33,478 bases of DNA from Nanobdellota archaeon (GCA_018815145.1 JAHIYL010000157.1:1-33478), one strand, 5' to 3'; positions 18,009 through 28,509 are shown, numbered from the stretch's first letter. Notes: generated by a model not told the origin, from the letters alone. A program made the numbers and translations.

Positions 18009-18700
18009 TCGACAGTCTCCATAAGCTCATTTTTGGATACTAACTCTTTTTGGAGAACATTTTCCTGGATAATTACAGCAGGAATATCAGTTATGTCATA
18101 GTAGCTCTTGATAAGCTTTACAATCTGTTCATCTGAATTGAAATCTATGGTAAAAACAATTACCTTTTTTCCTTTTGTTTCCATCTCCTGCTTGAATCCG
18201 TCAAGCTCTTCTCCCTGCTTAATACATGTAGCGCACTCCTTTGAATAAAAATAGAGGACTGGTATCAGGGTCTTATTGCACTTTTTGTAATTATTTTTTG
18301 CCATGACCCAAGCTCTTATCGAAAGTTTTGTATAAGATTCCTTCAGAGCAAGGTATTCTTCACTCACCTTATTGTACCGCTCATATTCTTCAATCCTGTA
18401 TGGGAAGCTCTCCCAGAAATAGCTCAGCCTATCTTCAAGATCATTGTAAGACAATGCTGAGAATTCACATGCTTTTTTTGGTGAAAGACCGCTTGTGAAG
18501 CTTTCCTGCACCTGGATTGTCTCGATTCCTGCTGTCAGGACATCCACATAGTTTTTTATGAAATCTATCTCTTCCTGAGTCTTCTTCTCTATCATTTTAT
18601 TTGCATAAAGACCACTAAGGACTCCGGCCAAATAAAGCAGAATTGACAATATGACTGATATGATAATCAATTTCTTTCGGGATTTGATGATTTTCTTCAT
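18005..18700 (-). CDS. Membrane-anchored protein with C-terminal thioredoxin-like CxxC domain
   Basis: N-terminal TM, helical stalk, VLYFYSKECATC, ITDIPAVII cis-Pro loop; ATGA overlap with the next gene. Confidence 0.78.
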   Translation of the reverse strand: MKKIIKSRKKLIIISVILSILLYLAGVLSGLYANKMIEKKTQEEIDFIKNYVDVLTAGIETIQVQESFTSGLSPKKACEFSALSYNDLEDRLSYFWESFPYRIEEYERYNKVSEEYLALKESYTKLSIRAWVMAKNNYKKCNKTLIPVLYFYSKECATCIKQGEELDGFKQEMETKGKKVIVFTIDFNSDEQIVKLIKSYYDITDIPAVIIQENVLQKELVSKNELMETVE

Positions 18701-18832
18701 ATCTCTACGGAAACGCCCGTATTCTATATAAAGTTTTTGTCAAAAACATATATCCCAAAACTTGTGTAAAAAGAGCAAGAGGAAAACTTTAAATAATCAT
18801 GTATATTAAGAGATTAAAAAAGGGGGCAAAAC

Positions 18833-21800
18833 TTGACAAAAAAACTAATTTATATGCTACTAATCATTATTCTCTCTATTGTTACAGCCAGTTTTGCATA
18901 TGCTTCCTTTGATGTTAATCTGCATTCACCTGAAAATGGCATCTATAAGAGCACAAATTCTGTTATGTTCAATTTCTCTGTCATAGGCAATTACTCAAGC
19001 TATAACTGCAGCATATTTACAAACAGGACCGGAGCGTGGATGATCAATCTCACCAATTCTTCTGTATCTAACGACACTTTCAGCTTCTTCGATCTGCAGG
19101 AACTTGATGAAGGTGAATTCTTATGGAACATATTCTGTGAAAATCAGACAGAATCCAATTTCAGCATATCTAACTATTCCCTGAATATTGATACAATCTT
19201 TCCTTCATGGACAGACTATTCTACCTATCCGGCAGACAACCAGAATTACACTCCTGACACAAGTCATGAATTCAACATAACATGGAGCGATATCAATCTG
19301 AGGTATGTCTGGATAGAACATAATTTCACAGGGACTCTTTTAAATTACACATCAGTATCAAATATTTCTGAATCTATTTTTTACTATCAGTATGGTTCTC
19401 TCAAGGCAGGTTCATATCTCTGGCGCATGTTCGCAAACGACACTGCAGGTAATCTTAATTTTTCAGACAGTTTTACCTATTTCATACAAAAAACTGAGTC
19501 ACTCATCAATCTGACAATCAACGAGACAACAACAAATTTTTCTATTAGTGAAGGTAATTATCTCAATATAACAGGGACAAAGCTCTCTGGCGAAGGTGAT
19601 ATCACTCTATACAATAATGGCACAGCAGTCAATTCAGATCCTTCACTAGTATCCAATATATCCTTCTTCTACATCCCAGGCACATTCAATATCACATTAT
19701 TCTACACTGAATCAGAGAATTACACTGAATCATATTATACTTTTTGGGTGACTGTTAATGATACAGCTGCACCATCCTGGTATGATAATCTCACAAGTAT
19801 AGCAAGTGGATTTGCCTATTCTCAACTGCTGCGCCAATTCAATGTATCCTGGAATGATTCAACATTAGACACTGTATGGATTGAACACAATTTCAGTGGC
19901 ACGCTGTCCAATTATTCTGTGACAGGCAATATCAATAACATCATATATTATTATGATTCGCCTACAATCACTCCCGGAGAATATTCTTGGAGCATGTGCG
20001 CAAATGATTCACAGCAGAATCTCAACTGCACACCATATTTCAGCTACTCAGTTATCAAGGCAAATCCCAGCATCAACCTGACCATAAATGGAAATGGAAA
20101 CCTGTCAACCTATGTTGTTGAGAGTGTCAATCTTACAGGTTTTGTCCTTGATGGAGACGACATACTTGAACTGTATGTCGAAGGCATATTGTACAATAAT
20201 GGCTCTGATGCTGTCACAAATATCACTTCCTTTATTACAGAAGGCATAAAAAATATAACTCTGATATACCCTGTTTCTCAAAATTATACAGGGACATCAG
20301 AAACATTATGGGTAGATGTTATTGGGACTTTTTTTACTTCACTTCCGGATATCTTGCCTGCAGCAATAAATAACCAGACAAATATGGTATGCAGTTTTGA
20401 AGAGGATGGAGCTTCAAACAATATCACAACGTGGTATAGGAACAATGTAAGTGACCTAAGAATATATATGCCTTTTGAGACAAATGAAGGAAGTGAGTCA
20501 AACCAGACAATAGACTATTCAGGTTTCGGCAATAATGGTGTTGTTGTCAATGCAACATGGTCTGCATCTTCCGGAAAGATCGGCGGCGGATACACTTTCA
20601 ATGGAACTGATGATTACATAACTGTTGCGCACAGTGATTCATTGAACCTCACTAAACAGTTGACTGTGGAAGCTTGGGTAAAAAGAGAGGGTATAGGAAC
20701 TGAACAGGTGATACTGTCAAAGATGAGTAGTGTTTTCGGAACAGATATGTTCTCACTCTCATTTTATTCTAACAATAAGGTTAGGTTGACAATAGGGGCA
20801 GGTAGTTCTTGCGAAATTGATTCAATTTCAGCAATAACTGACTCCAATTGGTACCATATTGCAGCAACATATGATGGAGATACAAAACTTGCCAAAATAT
20901 ATATCAATGGAACTCTTGATAAGAATGATACATCATGTCTAATATCAAGTTTCATATGGACCTCAGATCCACTGGGAATTGGCGCACTTCATGACGGGAG
21001 CAATAAATTCAACGGCAGTTTGGATGAAATGAGATTGTATAACAAAACACTTTCTGATGCACAGATAAAAGAACATTCATTATTGAACTATCATCATCTG
21101 AATGCAAATGAGACTAACAGCAATGAATACTGGAAGTGCAGTGTTCTCCTTGTAAATGATACAAAGTTAGGTAGACATTATAATTCAACAGCCAAATACA
21201 TCAAAGAATACGATGCAGTCAACCTCACTGTCAATGGAACAGACGGAAATATCGGAATTGAAAGAGATTCAAGCATCAATATCACCGGAGTGCTCATATC
21301 AGGAGAAGGAGAACTTGCAATCTATATTGATGGTAATCTGATAAACAATGGAAGCCTACATATTTCAAACATCACATTGTTCAATGAGACAGGAAGCCAT
21401 AATATCACACTCATAAGTTCAGGCTCTGACACATATCTGCCGGCAAGCGAGACACATTGGGTGACTGTCACAGATACAGTGAATCCTGTGATCTCATCAG
21501 TTGCCAATATCTCTGTCACCTGGTCAACATACAATATCATCTGGAATACAGATGAACCTGCAAATTCCATTGTCTTCTATGGTAATTCATCCGGCAATTA
21601 CACATCCAGTGCATCAAATCTAACAGAATACACATTGTCACACAACATCACCATATCTAATCTTGAAGATAACAGGACATATTATTATATTGTCAATTCA
21701 ACAGATCCATCCGGAAACTCAAACCAATCTGAGGAATATAATATCACAATAGAATATCAGGATGAAGTGGCACCAATATCTGGAAATGAGTTAGTATATC

Positions 21801-24800
21801 CGGAAACTGGAAATATATATAACACTTCTATTGAATATTTTTTCAATGCCAGTTTCACAGATGATGTAAATGTGACTAGAGTATGGATAGAGCACAATTT
21901 TACTAAAGGCGCTATGCAGAATTCATCTGTATCTAACCAAGGAAATGAATATTATTACAATACTACTCAGCTTGCAGCAGGTCACTATGGCTGGAGGATG
22001 TATGCTAATGACTCATCCGGCAACATTGGTTCCACAGATTCATTCACATATGTTGTTGAACAGGCAACTCCAAGCATCAATCTGACATTGAACAGGACTG
22101 CCGGAAATAATTCCCTGTCTGAAAATTCAGTTGTCAACCTTACAGCAATATTATTAGCCGGTGAGACAAATATAATTCTTTATAACAACAACAGCATCAT
22201 TGCATCCGGTTCGACTATTGTGTCCGCAAACACTGAATATGATAAACCTGGACTATATAATATCTCTGCTGCATATCCTGCAACAGAGAATTACAGTGCG
22301 AGCATGACAACTTATTGGCTTACTGTAACTGATGTGCCTGAAGCACCGACAATCCTTAATCTGACAGATGATGTCACAAAGACTTTCATCAAAAAGGATG
22401 AAACCATCACATTCTCAGCATACTGGCTTGATGATGATACAGGAGATTCAGTGAAACTTCTCATATCAAGGAATCCTTATTTTGAAGGCTGTGATTATGA
22501 TAACACAAGTTCATGCGTAACTTATTCTACTGCGGACACAACCAGCCCGGCCACTGCAACACTAGTAAATACCCTTAATGAGAATCTGACATGGTATGGA
22601 CAGATATGTGACAGCTACAATAATTGCACAAAAGTACATACTTACAATGACAATGATGATTCTGAAGTGAACATCAATTATACTGCAGGATGGGTTAATG
22701 TCAATTATGCATTTGATGGAAATTTGGGCGCCCCGCAGGCTTACACAACTTCAACCAGTTTCACAGAAATTCTTTTCAACTATAGTGTTCCAAATAATAT
22801 CACTCAAGGCTGGATGAATTACAAAATCGAGATTATAACTGCTCTTTCCAACGGAACTCTTTTTTGTAATAATGGAACAGAATGGATTAATCTGAAAAGT
22901 TGGCAGGATACATCTTTAACAGAAGAAAGCAATACCACAATAGATCCTACTTGTTATGATGGAAAATCTTATATTGATTTCAATCTGAGTGCAAAAGTAA
23001 CTGGACTAGGTTATTTTAGAGTATATGAACTGCAGCCTGTCTGGAACAAGACCGAAGTATACACTGAAAGTTTTATTGCTGATTCAACTCTTCCTGCAAC
23101 TATAATATTTGGTCCAACAGATAATGAAACAATCAACCTATCCGCAGTTGATTTCAATTACAGTGTCAATGATTCATTTATTGACCGTGCCTGGTATCAA
23201 TTGGATTACAGTACCACAAAAAACTTCCTGGATCCTGCATTGAACACAACAAGCATAAGTTTTGATCATCCTGGACAGCATATAATAATCCTGTATGCAA
23301 ATGACTCAGCAGGAAATATCAACAGCACATCAACAACATTCTATTCAAATGCTGCAATCAATCTCACAAAATGGAAAGAAGACATGCAAAATTCAAATCC
23401 TGAAATATCCAATATACTTATATCAAACTCAACTGGTCAGGCTGATGAACTTGCGGATCCAGACCAGGATTTCACAATCCTGCTTCAACTGACTGATGTC
23501 AATGCAACTATTGTCAACTTCTCCGGGAGCATCGCAAGATGGAACTATGTATTCAATATCACTGATGCAAGTTCAGATTTTGAAAGCCAGGTTGACAGCT
23601 CAATTGCCACCCTGCCTGTTGATTTTGCTTATCTGCAGAATTTCTCATGGTTTTATAGCTCAGAAAATACTTATCACGGTATAGTGAGGCTTCCAAAAAA
23701 CATATCCCAATATGACAGCATCTATTATTGCCCAGACCATGATCTGAGCAACTGCTACATTGTCACTTCAGTTTGCACAGGCCTATCAGACAGTGATTCA
23801 ACACCCTGTTATAATAATTCAATAGATTATATTGATGTTTTTGTTCCGCATTTCAGTGGAGTGTTTGGTGACAATGATACTGTGGCACCCACCATATCAA
23901 TATCTTCGCCTGTTGCTTCAGAAGTCCTCAGCAATGGATATGATAACTATCTTACCCTCACTGTAAATGAGAATTCATTTTGCTACTACAAATTCAGCAC
24001 AGATCCATCATATACAATCTTTTCAGCAAGTGCAGGAACATCATTCCAAAAGCGATTCAATAGTGAGAATGATGCCTGGGTGGATGCATCTCACACTTTC
24101 AACATACTTTGCAATGACACATATGGGAACAGCAACACAGACAGTGTCTCATTCACTGTCAATGATACAACAGCACCAACCATAACTTCTTCATCGTTCT
24201 ATGAAGAAAGTGCCAGTGCGGAAATTGATATTACCACAAATGAACCCACACAATGCAGATATAATCAGTCCAATGTAGCATTCTCACTCATGACCGCATA
24301 TGTACAGAATGCATCCTATATTTTTGTGCACAGCGATACTGTCGATACAGAAGGTATGCACTATATCAAATGCCAGGACATGGGAGGCAATGAAGTGGCT
24401 ACATCAATGGATATAGATTTCACCTCCACAACAAACCTTCGCAACGATGATGATGAGGGAAATACCGGCGGAGCAGGAGGAGACAGTGAAACCGCCGGTC
24501 CTTCAAGCATAACCCGGCTATGGCAGTCAATGCCGACAGGAACCCAGACCATGACCATATCAAGCGAAGAATTAATAATAACCAAATTGACTTTCTCTGT
24601 CCTTGAAGACATAACAAAGACAGTCTCAATAACAGTCAGTCAGGTAATAAGCCTCTCTTCAAGCATGCCTGAACTTGACAATCTCCTGTACAAGTATGCA
24701 AGAATAACAACTGGCAATCTTCCTGACAGCATAATTGAAAATGTAAAAATCCGGTTCAAAGTAAAGGACAGCTGGATAAAGGAAAACAATATTGACATAT

Positions 24801-25465
24801 CATCAATAAAACTGAACAGGTACACCGGAAAATGGGATCTTCTTCCTACTTCTTTGACTGATACTGATTCAAAATATTTCTACTTTGAAGCAACATCACC
24901 TGGTTTTTCATATTTTGGGGTAAATGCCAAAGCAAAACCAACTTCACCTGCTTCAACACCTGCTGCACAGAATGACACAAATCCAGTTCCTGTAATGGAC
25001 TCTGGTCCGCAGATAACCGGAAGCACAGTCACAAATCAGACAAGCATAGATAAAAAAGACCTTATTGAAAAAATAATTGAAAATCCTCTTAATTATCTTT
25101 GGCCTGTGTTTACACTATTGATTATATTCATATTAGTCATCTTCCTTATTTACCAGAATAGGTTTTCTGTAGTCACAGATTCAGATCTTGTTGGATTGAG
25201 AAAATATGTCCAGACCTGTGAAAGTGAAGGTATTGAATTTGAAAAGATAAAAGATACCCTTGTTAATGCAGGATGGAAAGAATCATTGGTGGAACTCGTA
25301 CTCCATGACGTGCATATGCCACATGATGAAATTGAAAAACTTGAATTTTACATAAGCTATGCCACAAATAAAGGAATCAAGCCTGAAGAAATCAAAGAAA
25401 ATCTTTTAGGAGTAGGGTGGCAGCATGATATTGTAGATGAACTCATAAAAAAAATCAAACCATGA
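18833..25465 (+). CDS. Giant modular cell-surface glycoprotein (Ig-like repeats, LamG, FN3-like, PGF-pre-PGF, TM, duplicated cytoplasmic domain)
   Basis: Signal peptide; WIEHNF repeats x3; LamG-like region (LTVEAWVK..WYHIAATYDG..FNGSLDEMRLYN); FN3-like (WNTDEPA..V.YG..YYYIVNSTD.SGN); FEATSPGFSYF; TM near 25094-25153. TTG start after a GGGGG purine tract (alternative ATG 18854). Confidence 0.88.
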   Translation: MTKKLIYMLLIIILSIVTASFAYASFDVNLHSPENGIYKSTNSVMFNFSVIGNYSSYNCSIFTNRTGAWMINLTNSSVSNDTFSFFDLQELDEGEFLWNIFCENQTESNFSISNYSLNIDTIFPSWTDYSTYPADNQNYTPDTSHEFNITWSDINLRYVWIEHNFTGTLLNYTSVSNISESIFYYQYGSLKAGSYLWRMFANDTAGNLNFSDSFTYFIQKTESLINLTINETTTNFSISEGNYLNITGTKLSGEGDITLYNNGTAVNSDPSLVSNISFFYIPGTFNITLFYTESENYTESYYTFWVTVNDTAAPSWYDNLTSIASGFAYSQLLRQFNVSWNDSTLDTVWIEHNFSGTLSNYSVTGNINNIIYYYDSPTITPGEYSWSMCANDSQQNLNCTPYFSYSVIKANPSINLTINGNGNLSTYVVESVNLTGFVLDGDDILELYVEGILYNNGSDAVTNITSFITEGIKNITLIYPVSQNYTGTSETLWVDVIGTFFTSLPDILPAAINNQTNMVCSFEEDGASNNITTWYRNNVSDLRIYMPFETNEGSESNQTIDYSGFGNNGVVVNATWSASSGKIGGGYTFNGTDDYITVAHSDSLNLTKQLTVEAWVKREGIGTEQVILSKMSSVFGTDMFSLSFYSNNKVRLTIGAGSSCEIDSISAITDSNWYHIAATYDGDTKLAKIYINGTLDKNDTSCLISSFIWTSDPLGIGALHDGSNKFNGSLDEMRLYNKTLSDAQIKEHSLLNYHHLNANETNSNEYWKCSVLLVNDTKLGRHYNSTAKYIKEYDAVNLTVNGTDGNIGIERDSSINITGVLISGEGELAIYIDGNLINNGSLHISNITLFNETGSHNITLISSGSDTYLPASETHWVTVTDTVNPVISSVANISVTWSTYNIIWNTDEPANSIVFYGNSSGNYTSSASNLTEYTLSHNITISNLEDNRTYYYIVNSTDPSGNSNQSEEYNITIEYQDEVAPISGNELVYPETGNIYNTSIEYFFNASFTDDVNVTRVWIEHNFTKGAMQNSSVSNQGNEYYYNTTQLAAGHYGWRMYANDSSGNIGSTDSFTYVVEQATPSINLTLNRTAGNNSLSENSVVNLTAILLAGETNIILYNNNSIIASGSTIVSANTEYDKPGLYNISAAYPATENYSASMTTYWLTVTDVPEAPTILNLTDDVTKTFIKKDETITFSAYWLDDDTGDSVKLLISRNPYFEGCDYDNTSSCVTYSTADTTSPATATLVNTLNENLTWYGQICDSYNNCTKVHTYNDNDDSEVNINYTAGWVNVNYAFDGNLGAPQAYTTSTSFTEILFNYSVPNNITQGWMNYKIEIITALSNGTLFCNNGTEWINLKSWQDTSLTEESNTTIDPTCYDGKSYIDFNLSAKVTGLGYFRVYELQPVWNKTEVYTESFIADSTLPATIIFGPTDNETINLSAVDFNYSVNDSFIDRAWYQLDYSTTKNFLDPALNTTSISFDHPGQHIIILYANDSAGNINSTSTTFYSNAAINLTKWKEDMQNSNPEISNILISNSTGQADELADPDQDFTILLQLTDVNATIVNFSGSIARWNYVFNITDASSDFESQVDSSIATLPVDFAYLQNFSWFYSSENTYHGIVRLPKNISQYDSIYYCPDHDLSNCYIVTSVCTGLSDSDSTPCYNNSIDYIDVFVPHFSGVFGDNDTVAPTISISSPVASEVLSNGYDNYLTLTVNENSFCYYKFSTDPSYTIFSASAGTSFQKRFNSENDAWVDASHTFNILCNDTYGNSNTDSVSFTVNDTTAPTITSSSFYEESASAEIDITTNEPTQCRYNQSNVAFSLMTAYVQNASYIFVHSDTVDTEGMHYIKCQDMGGNEVATSMDIDFTSTTNLRNDDDEGNTGGAGGDSETAGPSSITRLWQSMPTGTQTMTISSEELIITKLTFSVLEDITKTVSITVSQVISLSSSMPELDNLLYKYARITTGNLPDSIIENVKIRFKVKDSWIKENNIDISSIKLNRYTGKWDLLPTSLTDTDSKYFYFEATSPGFSYFGVNAKAKPTSPASTPAAQNDTNPVPVMDSGPQITGSTVTNQTSIDKKDLIEKIIENPLNYLWPVFTLLIIFILVIFLIYQNRFSVVTDSDLVGLRKYVQTCESEGIEFEKIKDTLVNAGWKESLVELVLHDVHMPHDEIEKLEFYISYATNKGIKPEEIKENLLGVGWQHDIVDELIKKIKP

Positions 25466-25469
25466 CGTT

Positions 25470-25925
25470 CTATTTTATCTTGATCATGTCACCTATAGTC
25501 AGACCCTGAGTTTTTGTCTTTTCAGATGTATGTACCTTTTCAAGCTCTACCTTCTCTATGAGTATCACACCAAGTATTTTCTCAAGCTTTTCTGACAATT
25601 TTAGAGATGGTTTTATCTGACCTGTCTCTATCTTCTGAATAAGTGATTCTCTTTCAGCAAGCTTAAGTGCAATTTCTTTCTGTTTAAGCCCCAGACTTTC
25701 TCTTTTATTCCTGATTATTGCTGAATAGTCTGAAACCACCATATTTACTACCTCTTTATCAGGCAATCTTGCAGTGTTTCTTTTTTGTCCCATTGATACA
25801 GGTCTTTTCTTCTTGATTATCTTGCCATACTGAGAGCATCCGCTGCAGACTGATAATTCTGTCCCTTCAACTGAAGCAAAGATAAGTTGATCAGTTACTT
25901 TCCCACACATATCACAATTCGGCAT
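25470..25925 (-). CDS. mbf1: Archaeal multiprotein bridging factor 1 (Zn ribbon + HTH)
   Basis: CDMCG..VEGTELSVCSGCSQYG, HTH RESLGLKQKEIA..ERESLIQKIETG, C-terminal LTIGDMIKIK; ATG 25925 lies 1 nt after the upstream stop. Confidence 0.92.
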   Translation of the reverse strand: MPNCDMCGKVTDQLIFASVEGTELSVCSGCSQYGKIIKKKRPVSMGQKRNTARLPDKEVVNMVVSDYSAIIRNKRESLGLKQKEIALKLAERESLIQKIETGQIKPSLKLSEKLEKILGVILIEKVELEKVHTSEKTKTQGLTIGDMIKIK

Positions 25926-25926
25926 T

Positions 25927-27081
25927 TTATATCCCTCTTTCAAATCTTATCAAAATGAATTCCTGTTTTCCTGAATATATCCTTTTATTTCCTGATATTT
26001 TAAATTTGTGCTTTTTCGCAGCTTTTTCAAGCAGGTCAGTTGTCAGCGCAATGAATACGACCTTTCCTGTTTTTTTAAGTACATATTCGAACTGGTAAAA
26101 CAGCTCTTCATATAATTTGCTGGCTGCTTCCGGATTATTTCTGCCTGATTCAGGAATATATGTGACAACATAGTCTATTGTCTTCTCATCAAATTTTGTA
26201 TCCATCCACTCAATAGATTTGGCACTGAAAACAATTGAATCAAATATCCCACCTATCTTCGCGTTCTTCTGCGCAATCCTCATCAATTTAAGCTGTGAAT
26301 TCAGAGAAAAAATTTTTGGCTTTGCCTTTTTGATTTTGGAGTCTAATCTCTTCAGAAAAACTTCAATATCCTCATCCAACAAAGGTTTGAAATTCTTAAA
26401 CATGAACCTGTCCTTTGAATAGAAATTCACTGGAAAATTTTTTGCATACAGCGCTGCTTCAATAGCCATTATGCCTTCTTTGGAAAAACAGTCCAAAAGG
26501 TTTCCCTTCCCATCATAACCTGAATACCTTATTGCCAGATATGCCAATGTTCCTTTGATGGAAGTCTTTGTCTGGAATATCTTGTAATCTCTCTTTGCAA
26601 GATCCTTCACTGAAAAATCGATTCCAAAATAACCCTTATTCTTATATATGTAAAGAAAAAAAACAAGGTTTGGAGACTTAAAAGATAATTCAATCTTTTC
26701 ACCGGATCTCTGCCTGATTATACCTGATAGTGCCGCTGCCACATCCACACTCTTGAATTCATGTTTACCAATACGTTCACAATCGACCATTGCCACAGTA
26801 TTTTTGTCAGACCATATATCAAGATCAAATTGAATTTTTTTTAGTTCTTCTATGGTCTTTTCAAGTTCAGGAAAAATATTCACCTGCCCCAACATCAGCA
26901 CTATCTTATGCACTGATTGAGCAGTATAGCAGAGATTGCAGAGGTCCAATAGCTCATCAATATCAAACAGCACTACATTATCTTCTGTCTTGATGTTTTT
27001 TGCAGATATCCTTTCCTTTATTTCATCTGCACAGAGATCTTCAGCACCCATGTGCGTGACTGCAAAAGCCTTATATACCAT
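25927..27081 (-). CDS. THUMP-domain RNA methyltransferase-like protein (Trm14/RlmL-like), catalytic motifs degenerate
   Basis: GAEDL..EI, RIGKHEFKSVD, GIDFS..LAKRDY, LLDCF....MAIEAA, KNAKIGG, LYEELF. Confidence 0.82.
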   Translation of the reverse strand: MVYKAFAVTHMGAEDLCADEIKERISAKNIKTEDNVVLFDIDELLDLCNLCYTAQSVHKIVLMLGQVNIFPELEKTIEELKKIQFDLDIWSDKNTVAMVDCERIGKHEFKSVDVAAALSGIIRQRSGEKIELSFKSPNLVFFLYIYKNKGYFGIDFSVKDLAKRDYKIFQTKTSIKGTLAYLAIRYSGYDGKGNLLDCFSKEGIMAIEAALYAKNFPVNFYSKDRFMFKNFKPLLDEDIEVFLKRLDSKIKKAKPKIFSLNSQLKLMRIAQKNAKIGGIFDSIVFSAKSIEWMDTKFDEKTIDYVVTYIPESGRNNPEAASKLYEELFYQFEYVLKKTGKVVFIALTTDLLEKAAKKHKFKISGNKRIYSGKQEFILIRFERGI

Positions 27082-27171
27082 ATTATTTGAGAAAGAGAGA
27101 TTGCTTTTATTGGTTGCGGAAAAGAATATATATAAGCTCTTTGACCAAAAGTAAAACTACATGAAGACAAA

Positions 27172-28509
27172 ATGGCAGATGAAATTTATTTAAGTGAACT
27201 AGAAAAAAAATTAATAGATGGTTTAGATGCAGCTAAAAAAGTCGCTGTGTGCACTCATACTGATGCTGATGGCGTTATGACGGCAGGAATCCTTGGAATA
27301 TATCTTAACATTTTAGGTAAAGAAGTTGAATATTTCTCCATAAACACTTCAAATAGAAGCCTTGAACCATCACAGATAGACATAATCAATACAGAAAAAT
27401 TTGATACTGTCATCTATGGTGATGTCTCTCCAAGAGATTTTGATCAAATCTCTTCTTTCTTAGAAGATGGTAAATTTGTCGGTGTGATTGACCACCATGG
27501 CTACAAAGATAAACTCAGAAATCTGCTCCAACATGACAAAGGTGTTATGATAAATTCTGAAATGCCTGAACTTGAAGGTATGGAAGGCATGAGGACAGCA
27601 AGTGAACTTGCTCATTCATTGTTCATTAGCTTATCTGGTTCAGCATATAGAGAGACATCTGAATTTTCAAGAGAACATCAGTTGAAACCTATGGCAGAAA
27701 GAAAAAGAATTGAAAGAGTAGGGGTAGAATCTGAAAAAGTATCATATTGGCGGCAGAACCACTGGCTACGCGAAATTGGTCTAGTTGGAGATCGGATTTT
27801 TGGTCAAGATGAAGTTGATGCCACTACTTGGTTTGAAGCTCTATATTTTAATTGGATAGGATTGGCTTGGAAAAAGACAGATATTCTGGAAGACAGAGAA
27901 AGAATATTCAGAAACATGGTGAATGTTGTTGTTAATGCATATAAAGAAAAGAGTAGTCCATTTGAATCACCTTTTTTTCGTGAGCCAGAACTAAAAAATA
28001 GGCAAAAAGAAATTGAACTTGAATATGTACCTATAAGAGAGACAATTGCCGAAGTTCAGCACACTATTCAAGAACCACAATATTCACCAAATATGCTTCG
28101 GCAGAGTGTTGAATTACCAATGGTATATGTCAATAAACCTAATCCAAACAATTGGTGCATAGGACATTGGCTTGGAAAATCAAATGTTATTGAATATTTT
28201 TTTGAGACAAATGAATATGACCTTATAGAACTTGCTGTAAAGGAAAATTTTCCTCCTGTTAATGAAAATGCCATTATTGTATTATATTCCGAAAATAAGG
28301 ATAATGAAACTGACACATATATATTTAGGCATCCGTATAATAATACTGTGCACTGTGATAGAATTTGCGATGCATTTGGTGGCGGAGGACATGCAGACAG
28401 AGGAGGATTTACTGCAAATGACCATTATAGTACAATAAGAAAAAAAGTGTTGAAAAAAATTCGAAGGGATGCTTTCAAGAATTATTTCATTCCTCGCTCA
28501 CAATCTTAG
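27172..28509 (+). CDS. DHH family phosphoesterase with DHHA1 C-terminus
   Basis: HTDADG, YGD, VIDHH, VGD motifs and [10 protein letters not shown]. Confidence 0.85.
   Translation: MADEIYLSELEKKLIDGLDAAKKVAVCTHTDADGVMTAGILGIYLNILGKEVEYFSINTSNRSLEPSQIDIINTEKFDTVIYGDVSPRDFDQISSFLEDGKFVGVIDHHGYKDKLRNLLQHDKGVMINSEMPELEGMEGMRTASELAHSLFISLSGSAYRETSEFSREHQLKPMAERKRIERVGVESEKVSYWRQNHWLREIGLVGDRIFGQDEVDATTWFEALYFNWIGLAWKKTDILEDRERIFRNMVNVVVNAYKEKSSPFESPFFREPELKNRQKEIELEYVPIRETIAEVQHTIQEPQYSPNMLRQSVELPMVYVNKPNPNNWCIGHWLGKSNVIEYFFETNEYDLIELAVKENFPPVNENAIIVLYSENKDNETDTYIFRHPYNNTVHCDRICDAFGGGGHADRGGFTANDHYSTIRKKVLKKIRRDAFKNYFIPRSQS

Noticed and set aside
19300..22030. Repeats in the giant protein as a DGR template/variable pair or CRISPR-like array
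   Set aside because: Similarity is at the protein level with diverged codons; no adenine-specific mismatch pattern, reverse transcriptase or regularly spaced identical repeats were seen in the window.
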